NCBI GenBank assembly: GCA_037447605.1
Contig: CM074804.1
Coordinates: 2,108,001 to 2,172,000, forward strand
Origin: Zygnema circumcarinatum SAG 698-1b
Lineage: Eukaryota > Plantae > Zygnematophyceae
Direction of reading: 5' to 3'
Length of the DNA: 64,000 nucleotides
Positions 1-13,400 of the stretch are shown here, piece after piece. Numbering within the stretch: position 1 is the first letter of the stretch; each line of letters opens with the position of its first letter. Below the pieces are notes generated by a model. It did no database searches, was not told the DNA's origin, and saw only the letters and a list, made by a program, of their open reading frames with translations. The position numbers were made by a program, and so were the translations under genes.

Positions 1-3000
1 CTGAGCGTGCAGAATCGCTTGGCTGATTTGGAGGATGTTGGCAGCATTTCGGAGTTTCGGAAAGTCGCCAGCGGCGAGCCAGAGGTGTTACCGCGGAGTA
101 CTTTATAACCTTCGTCATAGCTTCATTTGCAAATTCCCAGTTATCTTCCTCGTCAATTTCCCAATTTCTGCATCATAAAAGAACCTGCTTGATCTTTGTC
201 CTTGAGGTGCACGAGTTGTTCGCATTCGGAAGAAGGGGCTCGGCCACTGCATCTCATGGTGCTTGGGAGGTAGGGGGCGGAATGGGGCAGGTGCCGCAAG
301 TGCGCAGGGGCTTGGATGTACGTCGTCGGTCTGCTGATACAGACGGTATTGTCCCTTCTCATCCGCAATTTGTTGCACGCATAGCAGAGACTATATTGAT
401 TTAATTAATCCTCAAAATCGTGTCCGATATTCTTTTGTTTTGGCTTACCTCGAATGTAAGGCGCTTGGGGATTTTATTAGTTGACAAACGTTACAAATGT
501 GTAGAGCTTCACAACTTCTACAGCTCGAGTTTTAAGGCGTTTCGGTGATTGAGCTGACGTTTGTTTGCAGTTCAAATAGAAAGAAGTTATCAGGCGTTGC
601 CAAAAGTTTTTGGAGTGGTTGTTTATTGTGGTTTTTTTTTCCTTTCTCTTCCTCTTCTGGGATGTTGCAGATACTGAGACGTTGCCTTACAGGGGCAGAA
701 GTAGCTCGAATGCAACCAAGCGAGTCGCACCTCCCCGACTGTCATCTCCTTCTGAGGGCTCTTCTCCCAAAAGACGTCCTCCTGCTGACGGTTCTCCCGC
801 CAATCCTTCCTGGAAAGCTCCTTCCGCAAGGACGTCATCTTCCGGTGGCTCCTCTGTGAGGCTGCCATGGGTGCCGGGGTCTTCCTCCTCCCTGTTGGGT
901 GTAGCCCAGAGGAGGTTGAAGGCAGACAGCGGAGCAGAAGCGCGAAGTCTTCCAGGAGGGCCTCCACTACCTCCCTGGCTCTCCTCTCCGGAAAGCACGA
1001 CTGATTTCAGTGACGCTGTCACTTCCGCATCCCCGACTAGAGATTTGGAAGGATCTACAGTTCAGTCAGATTCAGATCACCTCCGGGAAACTGGCAGGCG
1101 TCATGCGAATGAATTTGACAATCGATTTCAGCGATTCCCTTCTAAAGCTCGTCCTTCTGGCCCTTCGCAGTTCTCCGGCCCTTCAAAAGATTCGTTCATG
1201 TTGGAGGAACCACGAATAGTGAGTCAGCCTGCCTCACAATCAGATTTGCTTCCGAAAGTGTTTCCTCCTCCTCGTAAGAAGAAGCCTCGTCCTCCTCCCT
1301 TGCCTGAGACGTTGGGTGACGCCGAGGTTGCCCCCATGGACATTCCGTTCGAGTTCAAGTATAGTTACACGGAGGAACCTGATGTGGCTCCTATAGGTTA
1401 TCGTGAACCGCAGTTTTCCCCATTCGGACCAAACACAATGTCTAGGCCTTGGACTGGTGGGCCACCTTTGAAAAAGAGTAAGAAAAATAAACTTCCCCGC
1501 CTCATTCTAGAGTTCGACTCGTTCACCCCCCCTCCCGGACCGAAGAAGGGAGTCAAGCCTGTAGAGGCCCCCGGTCCGTATTTGGAGGGCGTGGGGCCGC
1601 AGTATGTTCGTTCCAGGGAGGAAGTTTTGGGAGATCCGCTGACAGAGGAGGAGAAAGTAGCGTTGATTGAAGACTGCAACAAGGGCAATCGACAAGTCAA
1701 CCTCGGTATGCACAGCGATTTTGAACCCGACATGCAGCACAGGGGAGGTTCGCCAGGTGTCACCAAGCAAATGCACGAGCAGGCAAATGGTTTACTTGAT
1801 TGAAGTGTGCACTGCCCTGAGGATGGCTGCAGGACGAGACGGACTAATCCACAACATGCTGGACCTCATTCACTCTCACTGGAAACGACGCCGAGTGGCG
1901 AAAATTCGCTGCAAGGGTGTTCCCACTGTGGACATGGATAAAGTCTGCCGGGAATTGGAGGTGTGCCTTCGGTCTTGCATGGCCCGCCTCTGTCCGTTGA
2001 ATGACCTTCTGGTTGATAAGCAGAGCTTTGCACAGCTGGGTTTTGAAAAACGAATGATGAGAATACTACTAATTATAGCAGGTTTTGCAATTTTATTCAC
2101 TCTCAGAAGAGGACTGCGTCTCATGCATGATCACAGCTGGAGAATTAGCCAGAATCGCTAGCATTTTGCATCTGTTTTTGGTGATGCCGTATGTCGTTCC
2201 GGTTCTTGCCCGAGTTTCACTCCAAGTTGAAACAACCCACGGAACATACTCTGTTGCTTGACGAGTTTGTTCTTCAATGTTCATGTCAGCGAAGTCAAAA
2301 GGACGACTGAGTCTAAGGATGTCGAAACACTCGACTTGTTCTCGAGTGGAACGTTGACTAGATGCTCAATAACCTTGATTTCTGCCGGGCCCACCAATGT
2401 TGACCCGCATTGGGTCATATTCCTCTACAGGATAAAACGGGCGGGCAGATCATACACAGGGCCGGTGGAGTGGTTTACCTCTTCCGCGGCCGCAATTACA
2501 ACTACAAGCTGCGGCCCCGCCTGCCGCTGATGCTATGGAAGCCGCCCGCGCCCATTTATCCGCGACTCATTGTCGACACGCCGGGAGGGTTAACCAAAGA
2601 CGAAGCAAACGAACTGCGGCTCAGGGGACGCCAAATCAGGCCTGTCGCTCGGTTAGGTGAGATAGTCTGATGTTCTGCTGCAAAGCAGGCTTCATGTCAT
2701 GTTTGTACAGTCTTGTGGTCAATATGGGTCTTTGACCTACTTGAGCAGAGTTTCCTTATTTTTTGCGAGTCTAAGCCCTTCCTTAAACACGAGTGATGTC
2801 AGGCTTTTGTTTTTTTCCGGCACATGTATTCATTTGTCTGCGTGAAGGTGTCACCCTCCCACTTATGGGAATTGCAGTCACATTATTCAGCATTGTTTAT
2901 GAAAGATCACTACGATTAAGCTGTACCACTAGGGTGAGAATATTAGTGAGAATTTCAGTGTCTTGACAAACTCTTATTCATGCTTTTCAGATCATTGTGG

Positions 3001-3999
3001 CCAAAGTACTTTCATTTTGATCAAATGTCACTCCCATCCTTGAAGCGGTTGACCATAAACAAGGATGTTGTGGACTTTCGATCCTGTTCTTGTTAGTTGG
3101 CATTTGTATGTGGGTCTGGCTGTGCTCTGCTGTGAATGTCTGTCTCCTTCGCCCTGAAGACTACTGCTAAGAGACGTCCCTGGGGGGTGGCGCAGGCAAG
3201 AATGGGGTTTACCTTAACTTGGTCGAGCAAGTCCAAAAAAATTTCGAGCACAGTGATCTTGTGAAGGTGGACTGCACAGGCCTCGACAAAAGTGACTACA
3301 AAAAAATTGGTGCCAAGCTAAAGGTTAGTTCAACCTTTTCAAGGTTTATCAGCATCGCTTGCAAGGAGGTAGTTATGACTTCTGCTTGTTCCATGACTGT
3401 GTTTTGGTAGCTCATGCCGGACGAGCTAATGCCTCTGTGTTGCTGTTTGTTTGCAGACATTGGTACCATGTGTCCTGCTCTCTTTCGAGAAGGAGCAGAT
3501 TCTCATGTGGCGGGGCCCGCCTGGTGGAATTGTGGATGCGCCCGAGGACTTCGAGAGCAGCGACAAAGCAGCTATGGAGGCTGGTTATGGTTTCGATGGC
3601 GCAGGAGAGACAGTATTCAAGGCAAATAGCAGAACTGATACAGCGGATGAGCAGTCTGATTCTGCAGTTGACGCGGAGGAGGGAGATGAAGAGGATGATG
3701 ACTGGGAGACGGAAAACGAGGATGCGGAGGTGTGGTTTAAGGGAGGACAGGAGGATGATCCTTCAGTTTCCGAATTTGAGAGATTGTGGGAGGAGGCAAA
3801 GGTCTCAGGAGCTATGACGGAGCTGTCATTATCGGAGACACAGACAGGGGGCGAGGAGGACCCGAAAGGAGGCGCAATGAGGAGAACTCTTGAGAGTGAG
3901 AGTGTGAGTGAGAGGTGGCCGGGCCCTGAGAGCAGTGGAGACACTTTGGCAGATACGGTTTTGGCTGCTTTGGAGAGGCATCCACGAGCCAAGGAGTAG
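1..3999 (+). CDS. CAF1: CRS2-associated factor 1-like chloroplast group II intron splicing factor (two CRM domains); multi-exon, 5' end lies before the window
   Basis: Spliced translation gives [14 protein letters not shown]...RQVNLG|[106 protein letters not shown]|[20 protein letters not shown]. This matches the plant CAF1/CAF2 CRM pattern. Phase-compatible GT/AG boundaries; stop at 3997-3999. Confidence 0.9.
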
Positions 4000-4503
4000 C
4001 CTTCCTTGAGGAGCCTTTGTGGAGCCAGCCCCCCCTTCCACCCGACCCAGGGGAGCTCAGCTTGAGCCTGAAACCTGGCCCATGGCCCTTTGGGAAGTGG
4101 CAAAAATGTTCGGAAATGGAGGCCTCCGCCGTTCAACTCAATGGCTTTATCGAGCTAGATTCTCTCCTGAGAGTTCTTTCTGCCTATCAGTTGGAAACCG
4201 ATGTCGTCATCTGTCTGCAATGGATTTCCATGGAGGTCGTTCCATCCGAAATGTTTTTGCGATTCTCGTACCGACCTGGCCCGTGTTTTCCGCTTGGTTT
4301 TATAGCAGAAAGCACGGAACGTTTGCTTTTCAAAGGATGACAAGGTTTCTTTAACTTGTGACTTGTAAAAACAAAAATGTTGCATTTCAGCCCAAACGTG
4401 CCGAATTAACAGACATCATTAGGGAGCGGGTAAAGATATTTAGTTTATATGTATTAAATATAGAGTGAAAATCGTCCAGTGCCATGCTTGCATATGCATC
4501 CTT

Positions 4504-6191
4504 CTACTTGCGCCAAGTCCTGAGTGCGTTCACGGAGAAGGCGCCGACCGCTGCTGCGCAGGCAACGGCGAGGGAGAGCTGCCCAATGCCGCCCCCCCCG
4601 CTCTGAAGAAGCGCCGGAGCAGCCACCTCCTCCCAGACATGCTTCCACAAGACAGCAGAAATGGTGCCCGCAGCAGCTCCCACCGCCACCTGACTCACAG
4701 TGTGGAGGCCGGTTGCAATCCGCAGCCATGCCTGACCCATCCCCACAGCGACTCACATCAATGTGGGCGATAGGACAACCCTCTACAGCTGGTTTAGAGG
4801 TTCGTGGGCATATCAAGTATGTGGCCTGAAAGGAAAATCATTCGATAGGTGAGGGAAAAACGTACCATGAAAGAGGCCACAGCTATGATGCTCACGGCTG
4901 CTGCAAGGCCCAGGACTGAATCCCCGAAGGATTCTTGAACTGCACGTGTCTCCATTCACCAGCACATGGAAGCCACACATCACCCAATACATTGCACTGA
5001 TCAATGCTGCCACACATGCTCGCTTTAGCCTAACCCACGTAAATATGTTTACTCTCACTTTGACACTAGACAAGAACTTGTACAACTGTGACGTTAACCT
5101 TGCATTTAACCAATCCCTCCATGTATCAGAATGGCAAGAACACGGCAACATAGCTCACCTACGAGCGCGGCATATGTGGCGAGGTATCCCAGACTTTGAG
5201 CATGAGAGGATGGCATTCCAGGGTCCGCCTTTATTCCCAGAGCGCTGTCAGGCCTTGCCTGGTTGATGACCCTCTTCAGCAGCTTCGCCAGCGCACTGTT
5301 CAGCACTGCGCCCACAATGCACCACGCGACCGCCTCATCGTGCCACCAAACCAGAACAGAACCCGCTGCCAGAGAGACGACCCACTTCGTCTGCACACAC
5401 CACACAAGGGTGAATACATCTAAAAAAAAATATATTGCGGATATGAACTTATGGCGTGGAATGAGGATACGCAATCCTATGTCAAGCTGGGAACTAAAGG
5501 GCAAATGGGTTATCTAAACTGCAATGCAAGAATTTAACATGAAGCTCACTAACTTCTACAAAGGGAGAACGTTTTCTTTTCTTCAGCAGCAAAGGACGGG
5601 TCATTGGGCTCATTTTAAGCCTTAAGAAAATCGATTGATCCATGCCGCACAGCGCAAGTGCCTTCTTTGCAACGTATCTTCACTTCCAGGCGCATTGCCG
5701 CCGCTAAATGGCAGTTTACAGTGAGACAATCTTCTCTTTGTTCGAGCAGCACAGCACGCGCGCGGACAAGGAAGAGGGGCAAAGGAAATGCTCACACTGC
5801 TGTTGACTTTCCGCAGCAGCGCCATGGAGTCACCTTCGCCTCCGCTGCCCCCCAGCTCCCCTTCTCCGCCCCCTCCCACTGCCGCCACTGCTCCTCGTGT
5901 GCGCTCTACCCGACCTGCGCGCTTGCACACGTGTCAGCAGGGCTGCATTGCTCGCCCTCCATTACCTCCAAGCCTCCGCGTGCAGCATCGGCCCCGCCTC
6001 TCAAGCCTCCCATTCCTCTCCTCTCTCCTCTCCTCCTCCCCTCTGTTCCCCTCACCACAGCTCAGCCAAGCAGAGCGCAGAGGAGCGGGTTCTTTCAAAG
6101 CCGCCACGAGGCCGGTGCGCAACGCCCCATATGCCGGCCATGGCGGCCTGAGGAGGAGAGGCGTAGCGGGAAGGCGGGCGGCGAGTAACAT
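4504..6191 (-). CDS. Plastid lipid phosphate phosphatase epsilon-like (PAP2 family); multi-exon
   Basis: PAP2 motifs KRVINQARP...DPGMPSSHAQSLGY and WLRIATGLHTVSQVAVG. The N-terminus MLLAARLPATPLLLRPP looks like a transit peptide. Exons between about 5400 and 6050 are not fully resolved. Confidence 0.85.
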
Positions 6192-6277
6192 TTACTGAAG
6201 CAGCGCCACGTGGCGGGAGCCCAGCAGTCGAGGGGGGCGTCTGCTCCAACTTCCCCCTCCTCCCCCAGCTCGGCAGG

Positions 6278-9200
6278 ATGAGGCGCCACGTGGGGCGCGC
6301 CCTGCAGCGCCACGTGGCGGGATGGGGGGGGGAGGCGGGCGCTGCAATGGCTCTCCTCGAGCCGCTGCGCAACGCGGAGGCGGAGGGGCTGCAGGCCGCG
6401 CCGCCGCTCGGCCGCATGCACCGCCTCCTCGCCCGCCTCCGCCACCCCGCCGCGCTCTACCGGGTGGGAAGAGGATCTCAAATGTGGGGTGTGAAAATTT
6501 TGGAGTTTTGGAGGCTTCGGGATGTGGGGTGCGAGAATTAAGCACGAGACTGGAGTAGAGGGAGGAGAGTTGTGGAGGGGAGGTGGGGAGAGCGGAGGAG
6601 GTTAAGGGGAAGGAGGATAGGGGAAGGGGGAGAGCTGGAGAAGAGATAGCATGAGAGCTTGACTTGAATAGTGAAGGGAGGGTGAAGGAGAGGATTGTGA
6701 GAGGCAGAGGGAAAGGAGGGAAACAGAAGCTGTGGTAAGGGGAGTGGAGGAGAGGTGAACAGAGAAGGAAGAGGAGGGTGAAGGAGAAGGTGATGCGTCG
6801 GAATTATCTGTGCTTTTGTGCTGCTGATTTTGAATTGCCAATCTGTGCTCGAGGGAATAGCCAGTGCTGTGTGTGCTAGGCGTTTGCTCTAGCGATGCTG
6901 CAGGCTCAAAAACTCCGCTTACTATTCGTTGGGCTGAGGGAAGAGTACATTATTTTATTTGACTTTGCGTCTTCCCTTTGTATTCAATTGGGCCAGGCAG
7001 CCACATTATTTTCTTGGAGGTTTACTCGTGCTTCAGTCAGAAACATCAGAGACTTAGCTGACTGATGGGAGGAGTCAGTACAAAATCTTCAACTGTCTGG
7101 AAAAGCGCAGTGCCTTCATGAGACTTCCTCGAGTAGCCATAGTTGTTTGCACAATAAAGTGCACATGTTGACGACTTCATCGGTTTGTCCGACTGACATA
7201 AGCGATTCTCTCGATGCAGGTGGTTCACGTGGCAGGCAGCAAAGGCAAGGGCTCAACGGCGTGCTTTCTGGCCTCCATTTTTCGAGCTGCAGGGCTGCGA
7301 ACCGGCCTCTACACGAGGTAAGCTCGCCCGCTGCCCTCCACGGGGGGGGGCTCTACTGCTCTTGGACGCAGGATTCCTGTGCAGGATGTGGGGCTATAGG
7401 GCTTGAATTCACGACTAATACCCGCTGACGGCTGCAGCCCGCACGTGCGGAGTCTGCACGAGCGCATCTGCGGCCCCTCTGGGCTGCCTGTGACTGCGAC
7501 CGATCTCGACGAGCTCGTGCTGCGTCATCGCAGCGATCTCGCTGCCGCACTGCAAGAGGAGGGGGGGCAGCTCACGCACTTTGAGGTGAATTCACTGCTT
7601 GGCAATGGAACAGAAAAGGAATGGGGTTTCAGTTAAATGATTAAATGGGTACGGATTGGGCTTGGAGGGACAAGCCAGTGTTGTATGTGCCTAGCGTTCG
7701 CTCTACGAATGCTGCAAGCGCAGAAAACTGCGGTTACTATTCATTTTGGCTAATTGTGTGATGCCAAAAAGTTCAACATCTCCATGTGATACACGTTCCA
7801 GCGTTAACTTGACGCGTGGTCTGAGCGCTGTCACTTTGTGCGTGAGCTGTTGCAGATGCTGACAGCATTGGCCTTTCTTTACTTTGCTGCGGAGCATGTG
7901 GACGTGGCAGTAGTGGAGGTAAATGCCACCTTTTGCCTTGCTGCATACACTCAGCCTCTGTGCTCTCCAACAACAACAGAACAACAACAACAACAACAAC
8001 CAACAACAACAACCTTCAACAGAACGTTTGGACAAACTTCTTCTTTTCCTTCTGTTGGTTACCTTTGTCCTCCCTCTGCTGTGCGCTCTGCTTGCATGCG
8101 CAGACAGGCCTTGGGGGCACCCATGACGCCACCAACGTGGTCCCGCACGCCTCCCTGGCAGCCGCCTGCATCAGCAGCCTCTCGTGGGAGCACGCGGATG
8201 TGCTCGGCGGCACCCTGGAGACCATTGCGCGGGCGAAGGCAGGCATCCTCAAGGCAGGCCGCCCGGTACGAGATCTCTCTCTCACCTTCCCTCCCCCCCC
8301 CCCCCCCNNNNNNNNNNTCCCCCCCCCCCCCCCCCCCTGCCACGCTGCTCTCTTCTCTCCTGCATGGCGGAGCGCTGTGACGTGATGCGGGCGGGGAGAG
8401 GCGGTGCAGCGCAGCTTGTGCTCGCGGAGCAGGCGGAGGCTTCGGCGGAAGCGGTTGTGAGAGAAGAGGCGGCAAGGCTGAAGGCGCCGCTGCTACACGC
8501 CGCACCCCCACTTGTGGAGTGGGCGAACTATCACGCGGTGCAAGAGGGGGGCGGGAGAGGGTACGGCTGCTGCGACTTTGAAGTCGATGCTGCTGCTATT
8601 GAGGGTATTGTCGGTACTACAGGCGGTGTGAGGGGCAGAAAGAAGGTATGGGCTGTCTTCACATTGCTGCCATGCTGCTATGTCTTCAATTCTAAGCAAG
8701 TTTGGCTTTTCATCAAGAGTTTCGTTAATGTGTAGTCATCCTTTGGGTAGTTGAAGTTTTAGGACCCTTTCAAACCTTGGAGCACATGGTTCTTTCGGTG
8801 GCTAGTTGGTGGAGATAGAATGTCAGCGCTCACAACGGGAGTATGGCGTGTGTGTGATCTGCAGCCCCTCGTGTGGCAGGACGTGCGACTGGGCTTGGTG
8901 GGCGCGCATCAAGTTCGAAATGCAGCCTCTGCACTGCTTACCTCTGTCATGCTGCAGTTGCAAGGTGCGAGTGCGGGACTCTGCCCTGCATACACGGAAG
9001 AGGCATAACCATTTGCAACAGAAAATGGGCTGAAGTGAAGGCCCTTGAAGATGCTGAGTCCCATTGCCCTCTTTCTTTTGTTCAAGGAGCACCTAACTTT
9101 AACATCGGCAATTGCAGGATGGCCCATCAGCCAGCAGGCGATCCGTCAGGGTCTGGAGGAGGCGCGGCTCCACGGACGCTTCCAGATGCTCACAGAAGAG

Positions 9201-9922
9201 GAGGCTGGCAAGCTGCCAGTTGGGACTGCATCAGTTGTGCTCGACGGAGGTAAGGGAGGCTTTCTCAGTTGTGCTTGCGGCTTGCTTGGCGCTCCATTGC
9301 TTGTTTTAGACGCGTCTCCAACTGGATGTCGAGGTAGAGGGCTGACTCGCAAACTGTCTGCAGCGCACAACGCTGCCTCGGGCCAAGCCCTCGCCAGTAC
9401 TCTAAAGGAGATCTTTCCGAAGCACGCGGTGGCGCTTGTGGTGGCCATGGCGAAAGACAAAGACCACGAGGGCTTTGCGGCAGCTTTGCTTCGGGGTGGG
9501 TGAGCTTGGAGCTCTCCTGGGTCAGGGAGTGGGCTTACTCGCCGCCACCCTCCTTTCTGCACTCACAATCACTTTTTCGCTATTCTTGAGCGTCTGCAGG
9601 AGCGCAGCCGGGCCTCGTGGTCGTCTCGCAAGTAGCCATAGCAGGGAGGGCCACACGCAGCATGCCTGCAGAAGCACTCGCAGACGTGTTCCGCAGAGAG
9701 AGAGAGGAGGGGGGGAGAGCTGCTGCTGCGCCCTCCCTTCAAGAGGGTCGGGCCGGTGTGGAGGAGGCGCCTTCGCTCCTCGCGGCAGTGGCTACGGCTG
9801 GGCGGTGGTGCACGGAGAGTGGGCAGGGCCCCACGGTGGTAGTCGTCACGGGGTCACTGCACGCCGTGGCCGCCGTGCTCGATCTCCTCGCAGAGGCGGA
9901 GGGAGAGGGAGAGGGCGGCTGA
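6278..9922 (+). CDS. Dihydrofolate synthetase / folylpolyglutamate synthase (FolC family, closest to plant DHFS type); multi-exon
   Basis: [37 protein letters not shown]|[17 protein letters not shown]|[36 protein letters not shown]|[20 protein letters not shown]. The start may be ATG 6278 (Arg-rich presequence) or 6347. The 10-N gap at 8308-8317 is intronic. Confidence 0.9.
6851..7751 (+). repeat. Two diverged copies of an ~85-90 nt sequence (6851-6935 and 7665-7751) in different introns of the DHFS gene
   Basis: Manual alignment: GAGGGAATAGCCAGTGCTGTGTGTGCTAGGCGTTTGCTCTAGCGATGCTGCAGGCTCAAAAACTCCGCTTACTATTCG versus GAGGGACAAGCCAGTGTTGTATGTGCCTAGCGTTCGCTCTACGAATGCTGCAAGCGCAGAAAACTGCGGTTACTATTCA. 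Confidence 0.75.
7965..8015 (+). repeat. (CAA)n microsatellite, intronic
   Basis: Direct reading: caacaacaacagaacaacaacaacaacaacaaccaacaacaacaac. Confidence 0.9.
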
Positions 9923-10462
9923 CGCATCCTGCTAAAGATTTTAATTCTGGTGGGTACAGCGAAATGGGAGATGGACCTGTAGTCTGGTCTGCATTGCGTG
10001 CTGGCTGACTCTTGGGGAGGACACAGGCCGCTCACAGTCATTCTCTGGCTTGGTAGCAGGAGGGCTCCACTTCGCATTCCTCAGGAGGGGAAGTAGCATG
10101 CCACTTAAAGGCTGCAAATGTTGTGGCTCTCCTCTCCCCCCATCTTTCCCCTGAGCACTTCATTCCTTTCTCTGATAGTGTTCCCACTATAATGCCCCAA
10201 GAGCTCATTCCAAAAAACATGGACTCGTCCCACTAGGCGAACATCTAACCGGGGCAACAGTATAATAATTAAGTGGCAGGTGCCGCAACATGGGCACCCC
10301 ACATTAAGAGCCAGCAATCATTCAAAGTACAAATATCTTATCGTCAGCTGTACACAACCGACCGAATCACCCGAATCGTATGCACAGAGAGGCTGCCATC
10401 TGCCAGGGCACGGCATGGCAGCCTTATTGCTCGCTGTACAGCCCCCAGCCATCCTTTTGATG

Positions 10463-13400
10463 TTATGCCAAGTCCGCAGCAACCATGAATCTCTCCGTCG
10501 CCTGCAGTCCCGTCCCATGTCCCGACACCACACCACGAGTCAGCCCCCTTCTTTGGAGGAAGGCCACCTCCTTGGGGAGACAACTGGCGCAACGAATGAA
10601 CCCCAAGTGCTGCTTGATGCTGCAGCTGTATGAAAACCTCCAAACAAAGTCTAGTGTCCATTTAAGGAGCAGGTGTTGGCGCTCACCGCCTCCCAGGTCA
10701 GCAGACGTTTCTGCTCCGGCCGCAGGGGAACGGGCTCTGCTGCTGCCGCTTGCAGAATGGCCGCAGAAAACGCTTCTGCAGGGACCCCCTTCAAGCAGAC
10801 TGTGAAGGCAACTTCTTGCGAGGCAGCTGCGGACTTTGGGGAAGGCCATGGGAGGCTAAGCAACGCAGAAAGTACGAGAGTTCGAGGACTTTAGGCTGCA
10901 AGGGGCCAAGCCAGCACAACACACACTCTGACATTTGCAGAAGCTCTTTTGCTGCCAAACCTATGCATATCCTCAACTTTGAGCCTGCCATGGGCAAGGG
11001 GACACATGACCCACCTGGCTTGAGGTAATCGTATACGATGCAATTTTCAGGGAAATTGTCCCTGAAAAACTCATTTGATGGATGATCTGCCACCACCTGG
11101 TTGCAGGACCACAATGCGACATGGAGGAAGGGCGTAAGTGACATCTTAACTCAAATGAGTAGCAGCAAAACTCCCGTTCCCGCCAGCGAATAACATGAAC
11201 ACATTTACTACTTTGACCCTCTCAAATATTCATAGAAGGTTCGGCTGGATTTACTTGCTGGCTGCCATACAAAGATCGTATGAACTGTCCTGCTGAGAAA
11301 GGCTTTCCCGTAAAGTAAAGTGCACACATGATATCCACAATGTGCAGTTCTTACTAACACAAGAATCACATGAGTGCAGCTGATCCAACTTGCGATTTGT
11401 TGACACTCAGCTCACATGATCTATCTGAGCAGTTCAGTTCTGAGTTTATCACTTGGTAATTTATATGTAGAAATATCTGAAGGTTTTACACATAAAAATT
11501 TAGTATTAGGTGTTACTAAAGTTGTAGATAAATGAGCCAAGACTCTTTTTGTGCAACGGTGCGATACCTATTTCCTGCTGAGTAAACAAGTAAGAGGGTC
11601 AAGTCCGTACCGCAATCTTGCCCATGGCTATAGCTTCTGCAGTGGTTGTGCAGAGAACATCGCTGACACTCGGGTTGACAAACACCTTGTACCTGAAGTG
11701 CCACGTGAACGAAAGATTGTGCAAGGTTAGATTGACCTTACGCCATTCAGTAGTCAACAATGAAGTCAGCCCATGAATTGGTGGAAAGAAGTTGACAGAG
11801 GGGGAAGAGGAGGGGGATGGGGAGGGGGGCGGGGTAGAAAGAGGGAGCATACTTTCGCAATTCCAAGTCAGCATGGTCCTTTTTTCCATGGAAGCGCAGA
11901 GGCAGCCTGTGGCTGCAGAGAGCAACACCTCTCACCTTTTGTCAGAAAGGATAAAAAGTGCCCGGCAATGCATGTACAAAACCTTTGAGTCGAGGGTCAT
12001 AACTACTACGCTGGAGCATGACGAATGGCTTATTAATGAAACCGCACGTCCGTCTCCATTCAACACAGCAGGCTTCACATTTGATAGTACGTCCGCTTAC
12101 CGTGAAGCAAAATCCATGACTTCCACTTCATCAAACCCGCTTCCATAGATATCCATCCACAAGTCATGGCCCTCGCTACCACTCTTCAGCCCACCCTGTG
12201 AGGTGCCATTGGCTGCTCCATTCTGAGAGGAGCTTGCTGGCCCTGTGCAGGGCTGCACGGAGCCATTATGAGCGGGAAGATGGCTCTGGACGGAAAATCC
12301 GTACTGCTGGCAGTGGACGAGGAGGAGGTCACAGAGTTCACGATATCCTTTTCCCCAAAGCACCTGCGTACAGCAAGTTCATGAAATTGGTCCAAGAAAG
12401 CAGCCTCTGTGGTGACGAAAAAGGCACAGCATCAACTCAAGTAGAACCGTCCTTGCAGTCAGAATAACGATGAATCATACCTTTCCAATAAAATAAAGTC
12501 CTCGGCGAATGTCACCAGACGCCGTCTTTGCCCCATCTTGCGACGAATAGTCCATCAAAAATTGCGGTGATACCTGGATTAACCCATCCGCACAAGTTTA
12601 CTCTATCAGGGAAAGAAGAATTGCTGACACCATCAACTTTTGAGCAAAGACATAAAGCTTACATTCTTCTAGGTACGATGCGTACACTAGGATAGGTGTA
12701 AAATTTCCTACAATAAATATCTGAGAGGAATTCCATTCGACATCAGGGGGGGTGTCTTCAAGCATTATTCCACAACAACGGTTGCAGTGCGGAACATGCC
12801 CTGCCTATCAATGCCAGTATTCATAACGCCATATTCTTTGTGTACATAGTCGGGCTGCTGTACCTGCATGAAAGGTTGCCATAGGCAGAAATATTTATTT
12901 TCTACGGTATCTCGAGAAATTAAGCTCAACGACTCAACACCAAGGCTTCAGAAAGGACTTGCTCTCACCCCATGCACGTTGCATACGATAGAATTCGTAA
13001 AATTCTGCACGGCAGCTGAGAGACGAATCACACGATGACAGTTGGCGCGAGCTACAAGCCAATTGTAGATGAAAACAAACCGCGCCGTGTTAGGCCCGCC
13101 ATGGACAAGGTCCCGTTTTATGTATTCCACGTAATTGGTGTGCGCAATTCCAACAGATTTCTCATACTTGGTACGCCACTTCGGGCCGACCAAGTGGTAC
13201 CTGCAATAAGATACGGACTCTTGTTTAAGGCGTAAAGATTTAGCTTGCAGTAGAAAAGGGCACATAGGTGCAATGCCCCGCCTCCAGCAAAAAGGATGAC
13301 TATAACAGGAAAATGAAAACAGCAAAACAAAACCGCTCGCTGTCTTGCAGCATTTTGTGATGAAAAAATCTTCGGATGGTTTTAAAACAAAAAGGCAATT

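Noticed and set aside
12575-12955. Cys-rich frame ([10 protein letters not shown]...) inside the DGD-like gene
   Set aside because: It lies within an intron. The flanking exons join directly as CNVHG|VSPQFL, matching the family.
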